A DNA stretch of 64,000 nt from Auanema rhodensis (GCA_964057225.1 OZ059895.1:12648001-12712000), one strand, 5' to 3'. Counted from the first letter of the stretch, positions 48,512 to 60,477 are shown. Translations and numbers: made by a program. Notes: generated by a model from the letters alone, not told the origin.

Positions 48512-51500
48512 GACCAATTGAACACTCCATTCCAATCATGCCAGGAAAAACACCATCATTCAAAATTACTTATCGTATACCACTCTCCCAACAAGAAGAA
48601 GTGGAGAAACAAATAGAAGAAATGCTACAACAAAGAATCATTGAACCATCAAACTCAATGACAACTAGTCCAGTAATTTTGGTGAAGAAGAAAGACAAAA
48701 CTTACAGATTTGTAACGGACTTTCGAGCTTTGAATGCAATCACTCAGAAACAAGTATATGTCATATCAAACATACAGGACATCCTAGATTTGGCCGCTGG
48801 AGCAAGGATCTTCAGCAACTTTGATTTAGTATCTGGATTTTTCCAAATACCTCTTAAGAAGGAAGATCGTCATCTTACAGCTTTCACAACAACAAGTGGA
48901 ACTTACCAATATTGTCGAATGCCGATGGGATTATGTGGATCACCCCATACTTTTCAAAACGCAATACGATACCTGCAATCAATGGTTAAATGCAAGCTAT
49001 TCGTATATCTAGATGATTTACTGTTAATCTCTGAATCTACGACAGCACATTTAAAAGATATTGAAGAAGTTTTGGAAGCAGTAACTCAAATAGGATTCAA
49101 AATAAAACTGAAGAAATGCGCATTCGCAAGAAAGGAAGTAAAATTTCTAGGATACATAGTTGGACAAGAAGGAATTAAACCGGACCCACATAAAATTAAG
49201 GCAATACAAGATTATCCCCAACCAAAATCAACAACAGGAGTAAGAGCTTTCATGGGAGTAGTAAACTACTTCAGAAGGTTCATAAAGAACGCTGCAGAAA
49301 TAGCAACACCACTCTACAACCTCACTCGGAAAGACACTCTGTTCAAATGGACAGAAGAAGAAGAAATTGCTTTTAATACTTTGAAGAAAACATTGACTCA
49401 AGCACCTGTGTTACAAGCACCAATCCCGAAGCGACCATATGTTATTGAAAATGATGGAAGTATGATAGCAGTTGGCGCTGTACTACTTCAAGCGAAAGAC
49501 GATCAAGAACCATTACATCCAATAGCTTTTGCTAGTCGGAAACTCAACAAAGCTGAAAGGAATTATCCACCAATAGAAGTAGAAGCATTAGCTCTTACAT
49601 TCGCCGTCAAACAATTTCGCACCTACATACTAGGAACAGCAACCAAAATTATCACGGACCATAGACCACTCACTAGTTTAATGACTAGAAAGGATTTAAT
49701 AGGTCGTTTAGCAAAATTTCAAATTGTTTTACAAGAATACGATATTGAAATTATCTACAGACCAGGAAAATTAAACAGTGTATGTGACGCATTATCACGA
49801 TATTTTGAAGATGAAATCAACGAAGCAAAACCACCAGCAAAGAAGAAAAACGAAAGAAAAACGACGGAAGATACTATTCATCAGATAAACACCTTCACGA
49901 TAGCAGATATTCGATCAGTTCAGAATCAATCAAATTGGATAAAAGAAACTATGGATAAAATAAAGAATAATACAGCTGGACGACAACTGACGGACAGATA
50001 TATTGTGTACAACGATGTACTATACTCAAAACCAAAAAGAAGCCTACAAGTACCACGAACAATTTTACCACGAGAAGAGCACATAATTAATCCAATTATG
50101 AAGAAATTTCATGAAGATCCGACACTCGGAGCTCATCTAGGAATAAACAAAACAATGGACTCAATATCAAGACGATTTACATGGACTGGAATGCAAGAAG
50201 ACATTACAAACTACATCAACAGATGTCTTGCTTGTGCGAAAAGAAAGAACAACCCTCACGAAGCAACGGTGGAACCAATGAAAAATTTTCCAACATCAAC
50301 AAAACCATGGCAAAGAGTACACATGGATATACTCGGACCATTACCTAGGACAGAACAAGAAAACAGATATGTTCTTTCAATTCAAGATTCTTTTTCAAAA
50401 TGGATAATCGCAATTCCGCTAATCAGACAAACATCAGAAGAAATTATATCAGCTATCGAAAAATATCTCTTCTATGTTTTTGGACCACCTGTCACTATCA
50501 TCACAGACAATGGATCTAATTTTATTTCAAACGATTTCACCACTATGTGCAGTAATTTTGGAACTACACACCACACTACTATGCCGTATTACAAAAACGC
50601 TAACGGACAAGTAGAAAGATTACATCGGACGATCGAAGAAGCATTAACAGTTTACGTTAATGACGAACAAAACGATTGGGATAAGATACTTCCGAAAATT
50701 ACTTTTACACTCAACAGATTACCAAACGCCACCACTAAAACATCACCATACGAATGTTTGTTTGGACAAGTAGCACGTCTACCCATTGACAAAAACTTGG
50801 AAACACCGGAAGAACAAAATACCACGGATCAGCTTAAAAACTTAAGAGATATTCAAGAAAAAGTCAAGGAAAAGATTGCCACCAATGAAGAAAGAATGAA
50901 GCAGAAATACGATCAAGCACATAGGACAAAAGAAAGAATATTAGATATAGGAGATCGAGTATTTGTACAAAGAGCGAACCCAAGCAACAAATTACAAATA
51001 CGAAGAGATGGACCTTACCGGATAGTGACAATTGAAGGAAACAACATCAGCATAACGGATCAAGATGGAAATATTATAAAAGCTCACAAAAATAACATAC
51101 GTTATTTTCCACCAGACGATAATCTTATATCAACAAGAAATAATGAAGAAGAGGAAGAAGAGGATCAAGACATAGCAAACGAAGAAGAAGAAGAAGAAGA
51201 AGAAGCAAGTTGGAATAATCTGGATGAATGGGAACAAACCAATAATACGGAAAATAACAACAACTGTTACCCAACAGGCAGTCCAGATACTCTAGCGCAA
51301 CTGTTACCTATCACAGGGAATAACAGAGGAGTAAACGAAAAAGAAATTGAACAAAATTCAGAAACACCTGACGACCTTGCTACAGCAAGAAGAATAACAA
51401 ATTCTAATATACAATTAGAAGATGAATCAACAACAATCGACAGAATTCAAGAGGACCTCAGACAGCTGACACCTTTCTCTCAAGAAGAAGGTCCTAATCA

Positions 51501-51825
51501 AAACGATATAGAAGATAATAACGCAAAAACATACGAAAAGCTACGAGATCAATTCAAGAATGAAAACAGAAAGGAGCTATTTGAGGACAGAAACAAAAAC
51601 TCACCAGCAATCAAAAATTGGAACACTACACTTGCCGCAGCACTAGGAATACGAAATGAAAACTCACGCCCGTATCATGTTAAACTACAACCCAAAAGAA
51701 AAACACAAGACGAAGAAATCAGAAGTAATGGAAAATTGGAACTACATGGAAAAGCGGATCAAAGCAAAAAGCAGCAGAATAAATCTCCAACGCAAAACAA
51801 AGGAGAACAAGTACGAAACTTTTAA
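48460..51825 (+). CDS. Pol: reverse transcriptase, RNase H, integrase with GPY motif and acidic C-terminal extension
   Basis: SPVILVKKKD, DFRALN, MPMGL, YLDD (49006-49017), IAFASRKL, ITDH, DALSR, H-H-CLAC, HMDILGP, TDNGSNF, NGQVER, GPY. The frame is open upstream of Met 48538 (LHKQAFLNKDRNIG...HSI) and is joined to the protease ORF by a -1 shift near 48455. Confidence 0.95.
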   Translation, partial: LHKQAFLNKDRNIGLFLGPIEHSIPIMPGKTPSFKITYRIPLSQQEEVEKQIEEMLQQRIIEPSNSMTTSPVILVKKKDKTYRFVTDFRALNAITQKQVYVISNIQDILDLAAGARIFSNFDLVSGFFQIPLKKEDRHLTAFTTTSGTYQYCRMPMGLCGSPHTFQNAIRYLQSMVKCKLFVYLDDLLLISESTTAHLKDIEEVLEAVTQIGFKIKLKKCAFARKEVKFLGYIVGQEGIKPDPHKIKAIQDYPQPKSTTGVRAFMGVVNYFRRFIKNAAEIATPLYNLTRKDTLFKWTEEEEIAFNTLKKTLTQAPVLQAPIPKRPYVIENDGSMIAVGAVLLQAKDDQEPLHPIAFASRKLNKAERNYPPIEVEALALTFAVKQFRTYILGTATKIITDHRPLTSLMTRKDLIGRLAKFQIVLQEYDIEIIYRPGKLNSVCDALSRYFEDEINEAKPPAKKKNERKTTEDTIHQINTFTIADIRSVQNQSNWIKETMDKIKNNTAGRQLTDRYIVYNDVLYSKPKRSLQVPRTILPREEHIINPIMKKFHEDPTLGAHLGINKTMDSISRRFTWTGMQEDITNYINRCLACAKRKNNPHEATVEPMKNFPTSTKPWQRVHMDILGPLPRTEQENRYVLSIQDSFSKWIIAIPLIRQTSEEIISAIEKYLFYVFGPPVTIITDNGSNFISNDFTTMCSNFGTTHHTTMPYYKNANGQVERLHRTIEEALTVYVNDEQNDWDKILPKITFTLNRLPNATTKTSPYECLFGQVARLPIDKNLETPEEQNTTDQLKNLRDIQEKVKEKIATNEERMKQKYDQAHRTKERILDIGDRVFVQRANPSNKLQIRRDGPYRIVTIEGNNISITDQDGNIIKAHKNNIRYFPPDDNLISTRNNEEEEEEDQDIANEEEEEEEEASWNNLDEWEQTNNTENNNNCYPTGSPDTLAQLLPITGNNRGVNEKEIEQNSETPDDLATARRITNSNIQLEDESTTIDRIQEDLRQLTPFSQEEGPNQNDIEDNNAKTYEKLRDQFKNENRKELFEDRNKNSPAIKNWNTTLAAALGIRNENSRPYHVKLQPKRKTQDEEIRSNGKLELHGKADQSKKQQNKSPTQNKGEQVRNF

Positions 51826-52028
51826 TTAACTAACAAAAATCGTAGAATTGTAAAAATAATTTTTCTTTCTTTCGTATAGTACATTAAACATAAGACATAG
51901 ATCAAAAACCACCGAAATTCTAATTTCTATCCTTTAATTTTAACAAATTGTAACAATCACTGAAAAACAAACTATATAAAGAGAAAATTTTGATAGAGAA
52001 AAATTCAATAACACTTTTCTTACTCAAA

Positions 52029-52628
52029 ATGACCTCCTCTCTCGCCAACGTCACACTCTCTACATTCCTCGCAACTCCAACACCACTGGTCCCTCTAGCG
52101 ACCACTATTGAACAAGAATGGATAGAGGTAGAAAACCTTCGCGAAGGTCTTCTACCTATCAACTGCATGAAGCCGAACTTAGGACCAATAATAAGCCTCC
52201 AAACGAGCAAATTGGAAAAGAAGACACAGCACATCCTATTTATGATGGGACTATTGGAGGAGAAAACCAAAAACTATAAGGAACACAATCTGAAGGAGCT
52301 TCGCCAGCATCAAAAGAAATGGACAGAAGGATGTTCTCTTAGCCAGAAAGAGAACAGAATCCGAAACATAATGCTGGGACAAACCGCCAGAACGCAGACC
52401 ACAGCTGACATCTACAAAGCAATGCCGACGTGGACAACACAGATGACACAACAAGCTGTAGGAAATAGCGGAACCGAAGAAGAAGCATCGTGGATAGAGA
52501 TAGGGCAAGACCTATCAGTAGTAATCAAAAAACTACTGACAAAAAGGACTACCAACATGTCCGCATCAAAAAGTAAGGCAAAAGCAGTTAGCCAAACCAA
52601 ATTCTATCTTTTTTCTCTTTATAAATAG
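52029..52628 (+). CDS. Accessory ORF3 downstream of pol, unknown function (C-terminus altered by a ~105-bp deletion)
   Basis: AAAATG start at 52029; open in both family-B copies. Confidence 0.6.
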   Translation: MTSSLANVTLSTFLATPTPLVPLATTIEQEWIEVENLREGLLPINCMKPNLGPIISLQTSKLEKKTQHILFMMGLLEEKTKNYKEHNLKELRQHQKKWTEGCSLSQKENRIRNIMLGQTARTQTTADIYKAMPTWTTQMTQQAVGNSGTEEEASWIEIGQDLSVVIKKLLTKRTTNMSASKSKAKAVSQTKFYLFSLYK

Positions 52629-52737
52629 TTTGTTGAAAAATTTGCTTTATCTCATGCCATTTTATTTTTTATTTTTCTCTCTTAATTATTATTTGCATAT
52701 AACAGCTGAGGTCAGCTGACTTGTATCCGTTGGGGCA

Positions 52738-53154
52738 TGTTACATACATATCTCGAAGGAAAGCAGCTGACCATGGCAGCTGCTATTATAAAACTAATGC
52801 AGATAGTTTTTAAGCAATTCTGAGAATATTCTAGATGCACTTTTTATAAGCTTTGTAACAATTTGTGTAAACTGAGTAGGAGTTGTATGGATATATAAAC
52901 CTGAGTCCTCAAGACTCAGGCATCTCATTATCTCATTATCTTACTTTCTCTTTATCTTCTTTATATTCTCTTTCTTAACTCTAGCTTTAATCTTTGTATA
53001 ATTATATTATAATGCGAACAATAAACCTTTATATATTTCATCTCTTGTTTCTTATTTCACCTTACATTACACACTTATATTTAAAATCATACTCATCTTC
53101 TCATAGTCTGTTTGGATCTCTCAACTTGGAACCATTGGGAATCCAAATGGAACG
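52738..53154 (+). repeat. 3' LTR family B
   Basis: 417-bp direct repeat of 42797-43213, preceded by TTGGGGCA. Confidence 0.95.
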
Positions 53155-53212
53155 TTGGAAAAAAAACAATAACGAGGATAAGTATGTAAATCATTGAATA
53201 TCAGGTATTTTC

Positions 53213-53331
53213 GCTTACGACCATACCACGTTGAAAGTACGCCATCCCGTCCGATCTGGCAAGTCAAGCAACGTTGGGCCCGGTTAGTACTTGGATCGGA
53301 GACGGCTTGGGAATCCCGGGTGCCGTAAGCT
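53213..53331 (+). rRNA. 5S rRNA
   Basis: GCTTACGACCATACCACGTTGAAAG...GATCTGGCAAG...TTAGTACTTGGATCGGAGACGGCTTGGGAATCC...GTAAGCT, 119 nt, nematode type, followed by a T run. Confidence 0.97.
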
Positions 53332-53741
53332 TTTCAAATTTTTTTAACGATCATACCACGTTGAAAGTACGCAATGCAGCTGATTTTCAATTTTATCTCT
53401 TCCGTAACAAATGTTTTTAATTTTCCAGCAGTTTTACTTAGATAGCTCAACCCAAGGCATCAAAATATCTTCAATCTTATTTCTATATTACAGTTATAAA
53501 CCAGTAGTTTATGAACCTTCATCTTAACTTTACTGTTTCTATCTATTTCCTATTGAAACAAACATTGTTTAAACACTATACAACTGTGAAACCTTTTTTA
53601 ATTTATTGTATTTGGATCTCATAAGATTTGATATCATCGAGGGATTTAGATGTAACGTAGAAAATTACATAACTAACATGAAATTGAAAAAAAAACAATA
53701 ACGAGGATAAGTATGTAAATCATTGAATATCAGGTATTTTC

Positions 53742-53860
53742 GCTTACGACCATACCACGTTGAAAGTACGCCATCCCGTCCGATCTGGCAAGTCAAGCAA
53801 CGTTGGGCCCGGTTAGTACTTGGATCGGAGACGGCTTGGGAATCCCGGGTGCCGTAAGCT
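53742..53860 (+). rRNA. 5S rRNA
   Basis: Array copy. Confidence 0.95.
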
Positions 53861-54269
53861 TTTCAATTTTTTTTAACGATCATACCACGTTGAAAGTACG
53901 CAATGCAGCTGATTTTCAATTTTATCTCTTCCGTAACAAATGTTTTTAATTTTCCAGCAGTTTTACTTAGATAGCTCAACCCAAGGCATCAAAATATCTT
54001 CAATCTTATTTCTATATTACAGTTATAAACCAGTAGTTTATGAACCTTCATCTTAACTTTACTGTTTCTATCTATTTCCTATTGAAACAAACATTGTTTA
54101 AACACTATACAACTGTGAAACCTTTTTTAATTTATTGTATTTGGAGCTCATAAGATTTGATATCATCGAGGAATTTAGATGTAACGTAGAAAATTACATA
54201 ACTAACATGAAATTGAAAAAAAACAATAACGAGGATAAGTATGTAAATCATTGAATATCAGATTTTTTC

Positions 54270-54302
54270 GCTTACGACCATACCACGTTGAAAGTACGCC
54301 AT
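54270..54302 (+). pseudogene. 5S unit with 130-bp deletion (only the first 33 nt remain)
   Basis: GCTTACGACC...GCCAT joins directly to spacer GCAGCTG. Confidence 0.9.
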
Positions 54303-54669
54303 GCAGCTGATTTTCAATTTTATCTCTTCCGTAACAAATGTTTTTAATTTTCCAGCAGTTTTACTTAGATAGCTCAACCCAAGGCATCAAAATATCTTCA
54401 ATCTTATTTCTATATTACAGTTATAAACCAGTAGTTTATGAACCTTCATCTTAACTTTACTGTTTCTATCTATTTCCTATTGGAACAAACATTGTTTTAA
54501 CACTATACAACTGTGAAACCTTTTTTAATTTATTGTATTTGGAGCTCATAAGATTTGATATCATCGAGGAATTTAGATGTAACGTAGAAAATTACATAAC
54601 TAACATGAAATTGGAAAAAAAAACAATAACGAGGATAAGTATGTAAATCATTGAATATCAGGTATTTTC

Positions 54670-54788
54670 GCTTACGACCATACCACGTTGAAAGTACGCC
54701 ATCCCGTCCGATCTGGCAAGTCAAGCAACGTTGGGCCCGGTTAGTACTTGGATCGGAGACGGCTTGGGAATCCCGGGTGCCGTAAGCT
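54670..54788 (+). rRNA. 5S rRNA
   Basis: Array copy. Confidence 0.95.
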
Positions 54789-55198
54789 TTTCAAATTTTT
54801 TTAACGATCATACCACGTTGAAAGTACGCCATGCAGCTGATTTTCAATTTTATCTCTTCAGTAACAAATGTTTTTAATTTTCCAGCAGTTTTACTTAGAT
54901 AGCTCAACCCAAGGCATCAAAATATCTTCAATCTTATTTCTATATTACAGTTATAAACCAGTAGTTTATGAACCTTCATCTTAACTTTACTGTTTCTATC
55001 TATTTCCTATTGAAACAAACATTGTTTTAACACTATACAACTGTGAAACCTTTTTTAATTTATTGTATTTGGAGCTCATAAGATTTGATATCATCGAGGA
55101 ATTTAGATGTAACGTAGAAAATTACATAACTAACATGAAATTGGAAAAAAAACAATAACGAGGATAAGTATGTAAATCATTGAATATCAGGTATTTTC

Positions 55199-55317
55199 GC
55201 TTACGACCATACCACGTTGAAAGTACGCCATCCCGTCCGATCTGGCAAGTCAAGCAACGTTGGGCCCGGTTAGTACTTGGATCGGAGACGGCTTGGGAAT
55301 CCCGGGTGCCGTAAGCT
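55199..55317 (+). rRNA. 5S rRNA
   Basis: Array copy. Confidence 0.95.
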
Positions 55318-55727
55318 TTTCAAATTTTTTTAACGATCATACCACGTTGAAAGTACGCCATGCAGCTGATTTTCAATTTTATCTCTTCAGTAACAAATGT
55401 TTTTAATTTTCCAGCAGTTTTACTTAGATAGCTCAACCCAAGGCATCAAAATATCTTCAATCTTATTTCTATATTACAGTTATAAACCAGTAGTTTATGA
55501 ACCTTCATCTTAACTTTACTGTTTCTATCTATTTCCTATTGAAACAAACATTGTTTTAACACTATACAACTGTGAAACCTTTTTTAATTTATTGTATTTG
55601 GAGCTCATAAGATTTGATATCATCGAGGAATTTAGATGTAACGTAGAAAATTACATAACTAACATGAAATTGGAAAAAAAACAATAACGAGGATAAGTAT
55701 GTAAATCATTGAATATCAGGTATTTTC

Positions 55728-55846
55728 GCTTACGACCATACCACGTTGAAAGTACGCCATCCCGTCCGATCTGGCAAGTCAAGCAACGTTGGGCCCGGTT
55801 AGTACTTGGATCGGAGACGGCTTGGGAATCCCGGGTGCCGTAAGCT
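55728..55846 (+). rRNA. 5S rRNA
   Basis: Array copy. Confidence 0.95.
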
Positions 55847-56256
55847 TTTCAAATTTTTTTAACGATCATACCACGTTGAAAGTACGCCATGCAGCTGATT
55901 TTCAATTTTATCTCTTCAGTAACAAATGTTTTTAATTTTCCAGCAGTTTTACTTAGATAGCTCAACCCAAGGCATCAAAATATCTTCAATCTTATTTCTA
56001 TATTACAGTTATAAACCAGTAGTTTATGAACCTTCATCTTAACTTTACTGTTTCTATCTATTTCCTATTGAAACAAACATTGTTTTAACACTATACAACT
56101 GTGAAACCTTTTTTAATTTATTGTATTTGGAGCTCATAAGATTTGATATCATCGAGGAATTTAGATGTAACGTAGAAAATTACATAACTAACATGAAATT
56201 GGAAAAAAAACAATAACGAGGATAAGTATGTAAATCATTGAATATCAGGTATTTTC

Positions 56257-56375
56257 GCTTACGACCATACCACGTTGAAAGTACGCCATCCCGTCCGATC
56301 TGGCAAGTCAAGCAACGTTGGGCCCGGTTAGTACTTGGATCGGAGACGGCTTGGGAATCCCGGGTGCCGTAAGCT
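56257..56375 (+). rRNA. 5S rRNA
   Basis: Array copy. Confidence 0.95.
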
Positions 56376-56785
56376 TTTCAAATTTTTTTAACGATCATAC
56401 CACGTTGAAAGTACGCCATGCAGCTGATTTTCAATTTTATCTCTTCAGTAACAAATGTTTTTAATTTTCCAGCAGTTTTACTTAGATAGCTCAACCCAAG
56501 GCATCAAAATATCTTCAATCTTATTTCTATATTACAGTTATAAACCAGTAGTTTATGAACCTTCATCTTAACTTTACTGTTTCTATCTATTTCCTATTGA
56601 AACAAACATTGTTTTAACACTATACAACTGTGAAACCTTTTTTAATTTATTGTATTTGGAGCTCATAAGATTTGATATCATCGAGGAATTTAGATGTAAC
56701 GTAGAAAATTACATAACTAACATGAAATTGGAAAAAAAACAATAACGAGGATAAGTATGTAAATCATTGAATATCAGATTTTTTC

Positions 56786-56904
56786 GCTTACGACCATACC
56801 ACGTTGAAAGTACGCCATCCCGTCCGATCTGGCAAGTCAAGCAACGTTGGGCCCGGTTAGTACTTGGATCGGAGACGGCTTGGGAATCCCGGGTGCCGTA
56901 AGCT
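56786..56904 (+). rRNA. 5S rRNA
   Basis: Array copy. Confidence 0.95.
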
Positions 56905-57314
56905 TTTCAAATTTTTTTAACGATCATACCACGTTGAAAGTACGCCATGCAGCTGATTTTCAATTTTATCTCTTCAGTAACAAATGTTTTTAATTTTCCA
57001 GCAGTTTTACTTAGATAGCTCAACCCAAGGCATCAAAATATCTTCAATCTTATTTCTATATTACAGTTATAAACCAGTAGTTTATGAACCTTCATCTTAA
57101 CTTTACTGTTTCTATCTATTTCCTATTGAAACAAACAATGTTTTAACACTATACAACTGTGAAACCTTTTTTAATTTATTGTATTTGGATCTCCTAAGAT
57201 TTGATATCATCGAGGGATTTAGATGTAACGTAGAAAATTACATAACTAACATGAAATTGAAAAAAAAACAATAACGAGGATAAGTATGTAAATCATTGAA
57301 TATCAGATTTTTTC

Positions 57315-57347
57315 GCTTACGACCATACCACGTTGAAAGTACGCCAT
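57315..57347 (+). pseudogene. 5S unit with 130-bp deletion (only the first 33 nt remain)
   Basis: Same junction as the unit at 54270. Confidence 0.9.
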
Positions 57348-57713
57348 GCAGCTGATTTTCAATTTTATCTCTTCCGTAACAAATGTTTTTAATTTTCCAG
57401 CAGTTTTACTTAGATAGCTCAACCCAAGGCGTCAAAATATCTTCAATCTTATTTCTATATTACAGTTATAAACCAGTAGTTTATGAACCTTCATCTTAAC
57501 TTTACTGTTTCTATCTATTTCCTATTGAAACAAACATTGTTTTAACACTATACAACTGTGAAACCTTTTTTAATTTATTGTATTTGGAGCTCATAAGATT
57601 TGATATCATCGAGGAATTTAGATGTAACGTAGAAAATTACATAACTAACATGAAATTGGAAAAAAAACAATAACGAGGATAAGTATGTAAATCATTGAAT
57701 ATCAGGTATTTTC

Positions 57714-57832
57714 GCTTACGACCATACCACGTTGAAAGTACGCCATCCCGTCCGATCTGGCAAGTCAAGCAACGTTGGGCCCGGTTAGTACTTGGATCGG
57801 AGACGGCTTGGGAATCCCGGGTGCCGTAAGCT
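57714..57832 (+). rRNA. 5S rRNA
   Basis: Array copy. Confidence 0.95.
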
Positions 57833-58242
57833 TTTCAAATTTTTTTAACGATCATACCACGTTGAAAGTACGCCATGCAGCTGATTTTCAATTTTATCTC
57901 TTCCGTAACAAATGTTTTTAATTTTCCAGCAGTTTTACTTAGATAGCTCAACCCAAGGCATCAAAATATCTTCAATCTTATTTCTATATTACAGTTATAA
58001 ACCAGTAGTTTATGAACCTTCATCTTAACTTTACTGTTTCTATCTATTTCCTATTGAAACAAACATTGTTTTAACACTATACAACTGTGAAACCTTTTTT
58101 AATTTATTGTATTTGGAGCTCATAAGATTTGATATCATCGAGGAATTTAGATGTAACGTAGAAAATTACATAACTAACATGAAATTGGAAAAAAAACAAT
58201 AACGAGGATAAGTATGTAAATCATTGAATATCAGGTATTTTC

Positions 58243-58361
58243 GCTTACGACCATACCACGTTGAAAGTACGCCATCCCGTCCGATCTGGCAAGTCAAGCA
58301 ACGTTGGGCCCGGTTAGTACTTGGATCGGAGACGGCTTGGGAATCCCGGGTGCCGTAAGCT
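58243..58361 (+). rRNA. 5S rRNA
   Basis: Array copy. Confidence 0.95.
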
Positions 58362-58771
58362 TTTCAAATTTTTTTAACGATCATACCACGTTGAAAGTAC
58401 GCCATGCAGCTGATTTTCAATTTTATCTCTTCAGTAACAAATGTTTTTAATTTTCCAGCAGTTTTACTTAGATAGCTCAACCCAAGGCATCAAAATATCT
58501 TCAATCTTATTTCTATATTACAGTTATAAACCAGTAGTTTATGAACCTTCATCTTAACTTTACTGTTTCTATCTATTTCCTATTGAAACAAACATTGTTT
58601 TAACACTATACAACTGTGAAACCTTTTTTAATTTATTGTATTTGGAGCTCATAAGATTTGATATCATCGAGGAATTTAGATGTAACGTAGAAAATTACAT
58701 AACTAACATGAAATTGGAAAAAAAACAATAACGAGGATAAGTATGTAAATCATTGAATATCAGGTATTTTC

Positions 58772-58890
58772 GCTTACGACCATACCACGTTGAAAGTACG
58801 CCATCCCGTCCGATCTGGCAAGTCAAGCAACGTTGGGCCCGGTTAGTACTTGGATCGGAGACGGCTTGGGAATCCCGGGTGCCGTAAGCT
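58772..58890 (+). rRNA. 5S rRNA
   Basis: Array copy. Confidence 0.95.
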
Positions 58891-59300
58891 TTTCAAATTT
58901 TTTTAACGATCATACCACGTTGAAAGTACGCCATGCAGCTGATTTTCAATTTTATCTCTTCAGTAACAAATGTTTTTAATTTTCCAGCAGTTTTACTTAG
59001 ATAGCTCAACCCAAGGCATCAAAATATCTTCAATCTTATTTCTATATTACAGTTATAAACCAGTAGTTTATGAACCTTCATCTTAACTTTACTGTTTCTA
59101 TCTATTTCCTATTGAAACAAACATTGTTTTAACACTATACAACTGTGAAACCTTTTTTAATTTATTGTATTTGGAGCTCATAAGATTTGATATCATCGAG
59201 GAATTTAGATGTAACGTAGAAAATTACATAACTAACATGAAATTGGAAAAAAAACAATAACGAGGATAAGTATGTAAATCATTGAATATCAGGTATTTTC

Positions 59301-59419
59301 GCTTACGACCATACCACGTTGAAAGTACGCCATCCCGTCCGATCTGGCAAGTCAAGCAACGTTGGGCCCGGTTAGTACTTGGATCGGAGACGGCTTGGGA
59401 ATCCCGGGTGCCGTAAGCT
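59301..59419 (+). rRNA. 5S rRNA
   Basis: Array copy. Confidence 0.95.
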
Positions 59420-59829
59420 TTTCAAATTTTTTTAACGATCATACCACGTTGAAAGTACGCCATGCAGCTGATTTTCAATTTTATCTCTTCAGTAACAAAT
59501 GTTTTTAATTTTCCAGCAGTTTTACTTAGATAGCTCAACCCAAGGCATCAAAATATCTTCAATCTTATTTCTATATTACAGTTATAAACCAGTAGTTTAT
59601 GAACCTTCATCTTAACTTTACTGTTTCTATCTATTTCCTATTGAAACAAACATTGTTTTAACACTATACAACTGTGAAACCTTTTTTAATTTATTGTATT
59701 TGGAGCTCATAAGATTTGATATCATCGAGGAATTTAGATGTAACGTAGAAAATTACATAACTAACATGAAATTGGAAAAAAAACAATAACGAGGATAAGT
59801 ATGTAAATCATTGAATATCAGGTATTTTC

Positions 59830-59948
59830 GCTTACGACCATACCACGTTGAAAGTACGCCATCCCGTCCGATCTGGCAAGTCAAGCAACGTTGGGCCCGG
59901 TTAGTAGTTGGATCGGAGACGGCTTGGGAATCCCGGGTGCCGTAAGCT
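59830..59948 (+). rRNA. 5S rRNA (C78G variant at 59907)
   Basis: TTAGTAGTTGG instead of TTAGTACTTGG. Confidence 0.9.
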
Positions 59949-60358
59949 TTTCAAATTTTTTTAACGATCATACCACGTTGAAAGTACGCCATGCAGCTGA
60001 TTTTCAATTTTATCTCTTCAGTAACAAATGTTTTTAATTTTCCAGCAGTTTTACTTAGATAGCTCAACCCAAGGCATCAAAATATCTTCAATCTTATTTC
60101 TATATTACAGTTATAAACCAGTAGTTTATGAACCTTCATCTTAACTTTACTGTTTCTATCTATTTCCTATTGAAACAAACATTGTTTTAACACTATACAA
60201 CTGTGAAACCTTTTTTAATTTATTGTATTTGGAGCTCATAAGATTTGATATCATCGAGGAATTTAGATGTAACGTAGAAAATTACATAACTAACATGAAA
60301 TTGGAAAAAAAACAATAACGAGGATAAGTATGTAAATCATTGAATATCAGGTATTTTC

Positions 60359-60477
60359 GCTTACGACCATACCACGTTGAAAGTACGCCATCCCGTCCGA
60401 TCTGGCAAGTCAAGCAACGTTGGGCCCGGTTAGTACTTGGATCGGAGACGGCTTGGGAATCCCGGGTGCCGTAAGCT
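60359..60477 (+). rRNA. 5S rRNA
   Basis: Array copy. Confidence 0.95.

Larger units (their letters stand above)
42797..53154 (+). mobile_element. Ty3/Gypsy LTR element family B, gag-env-pro-pol plus 3' ORF; internally deleted, no TSD
   Basis: Two 417-bp LTRs differing at one position by eye, tRNA-Gln PBS, Gag fragments, Env C-half with TM, DTG protease, RT-RH-IN. Confidence 0.95.
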
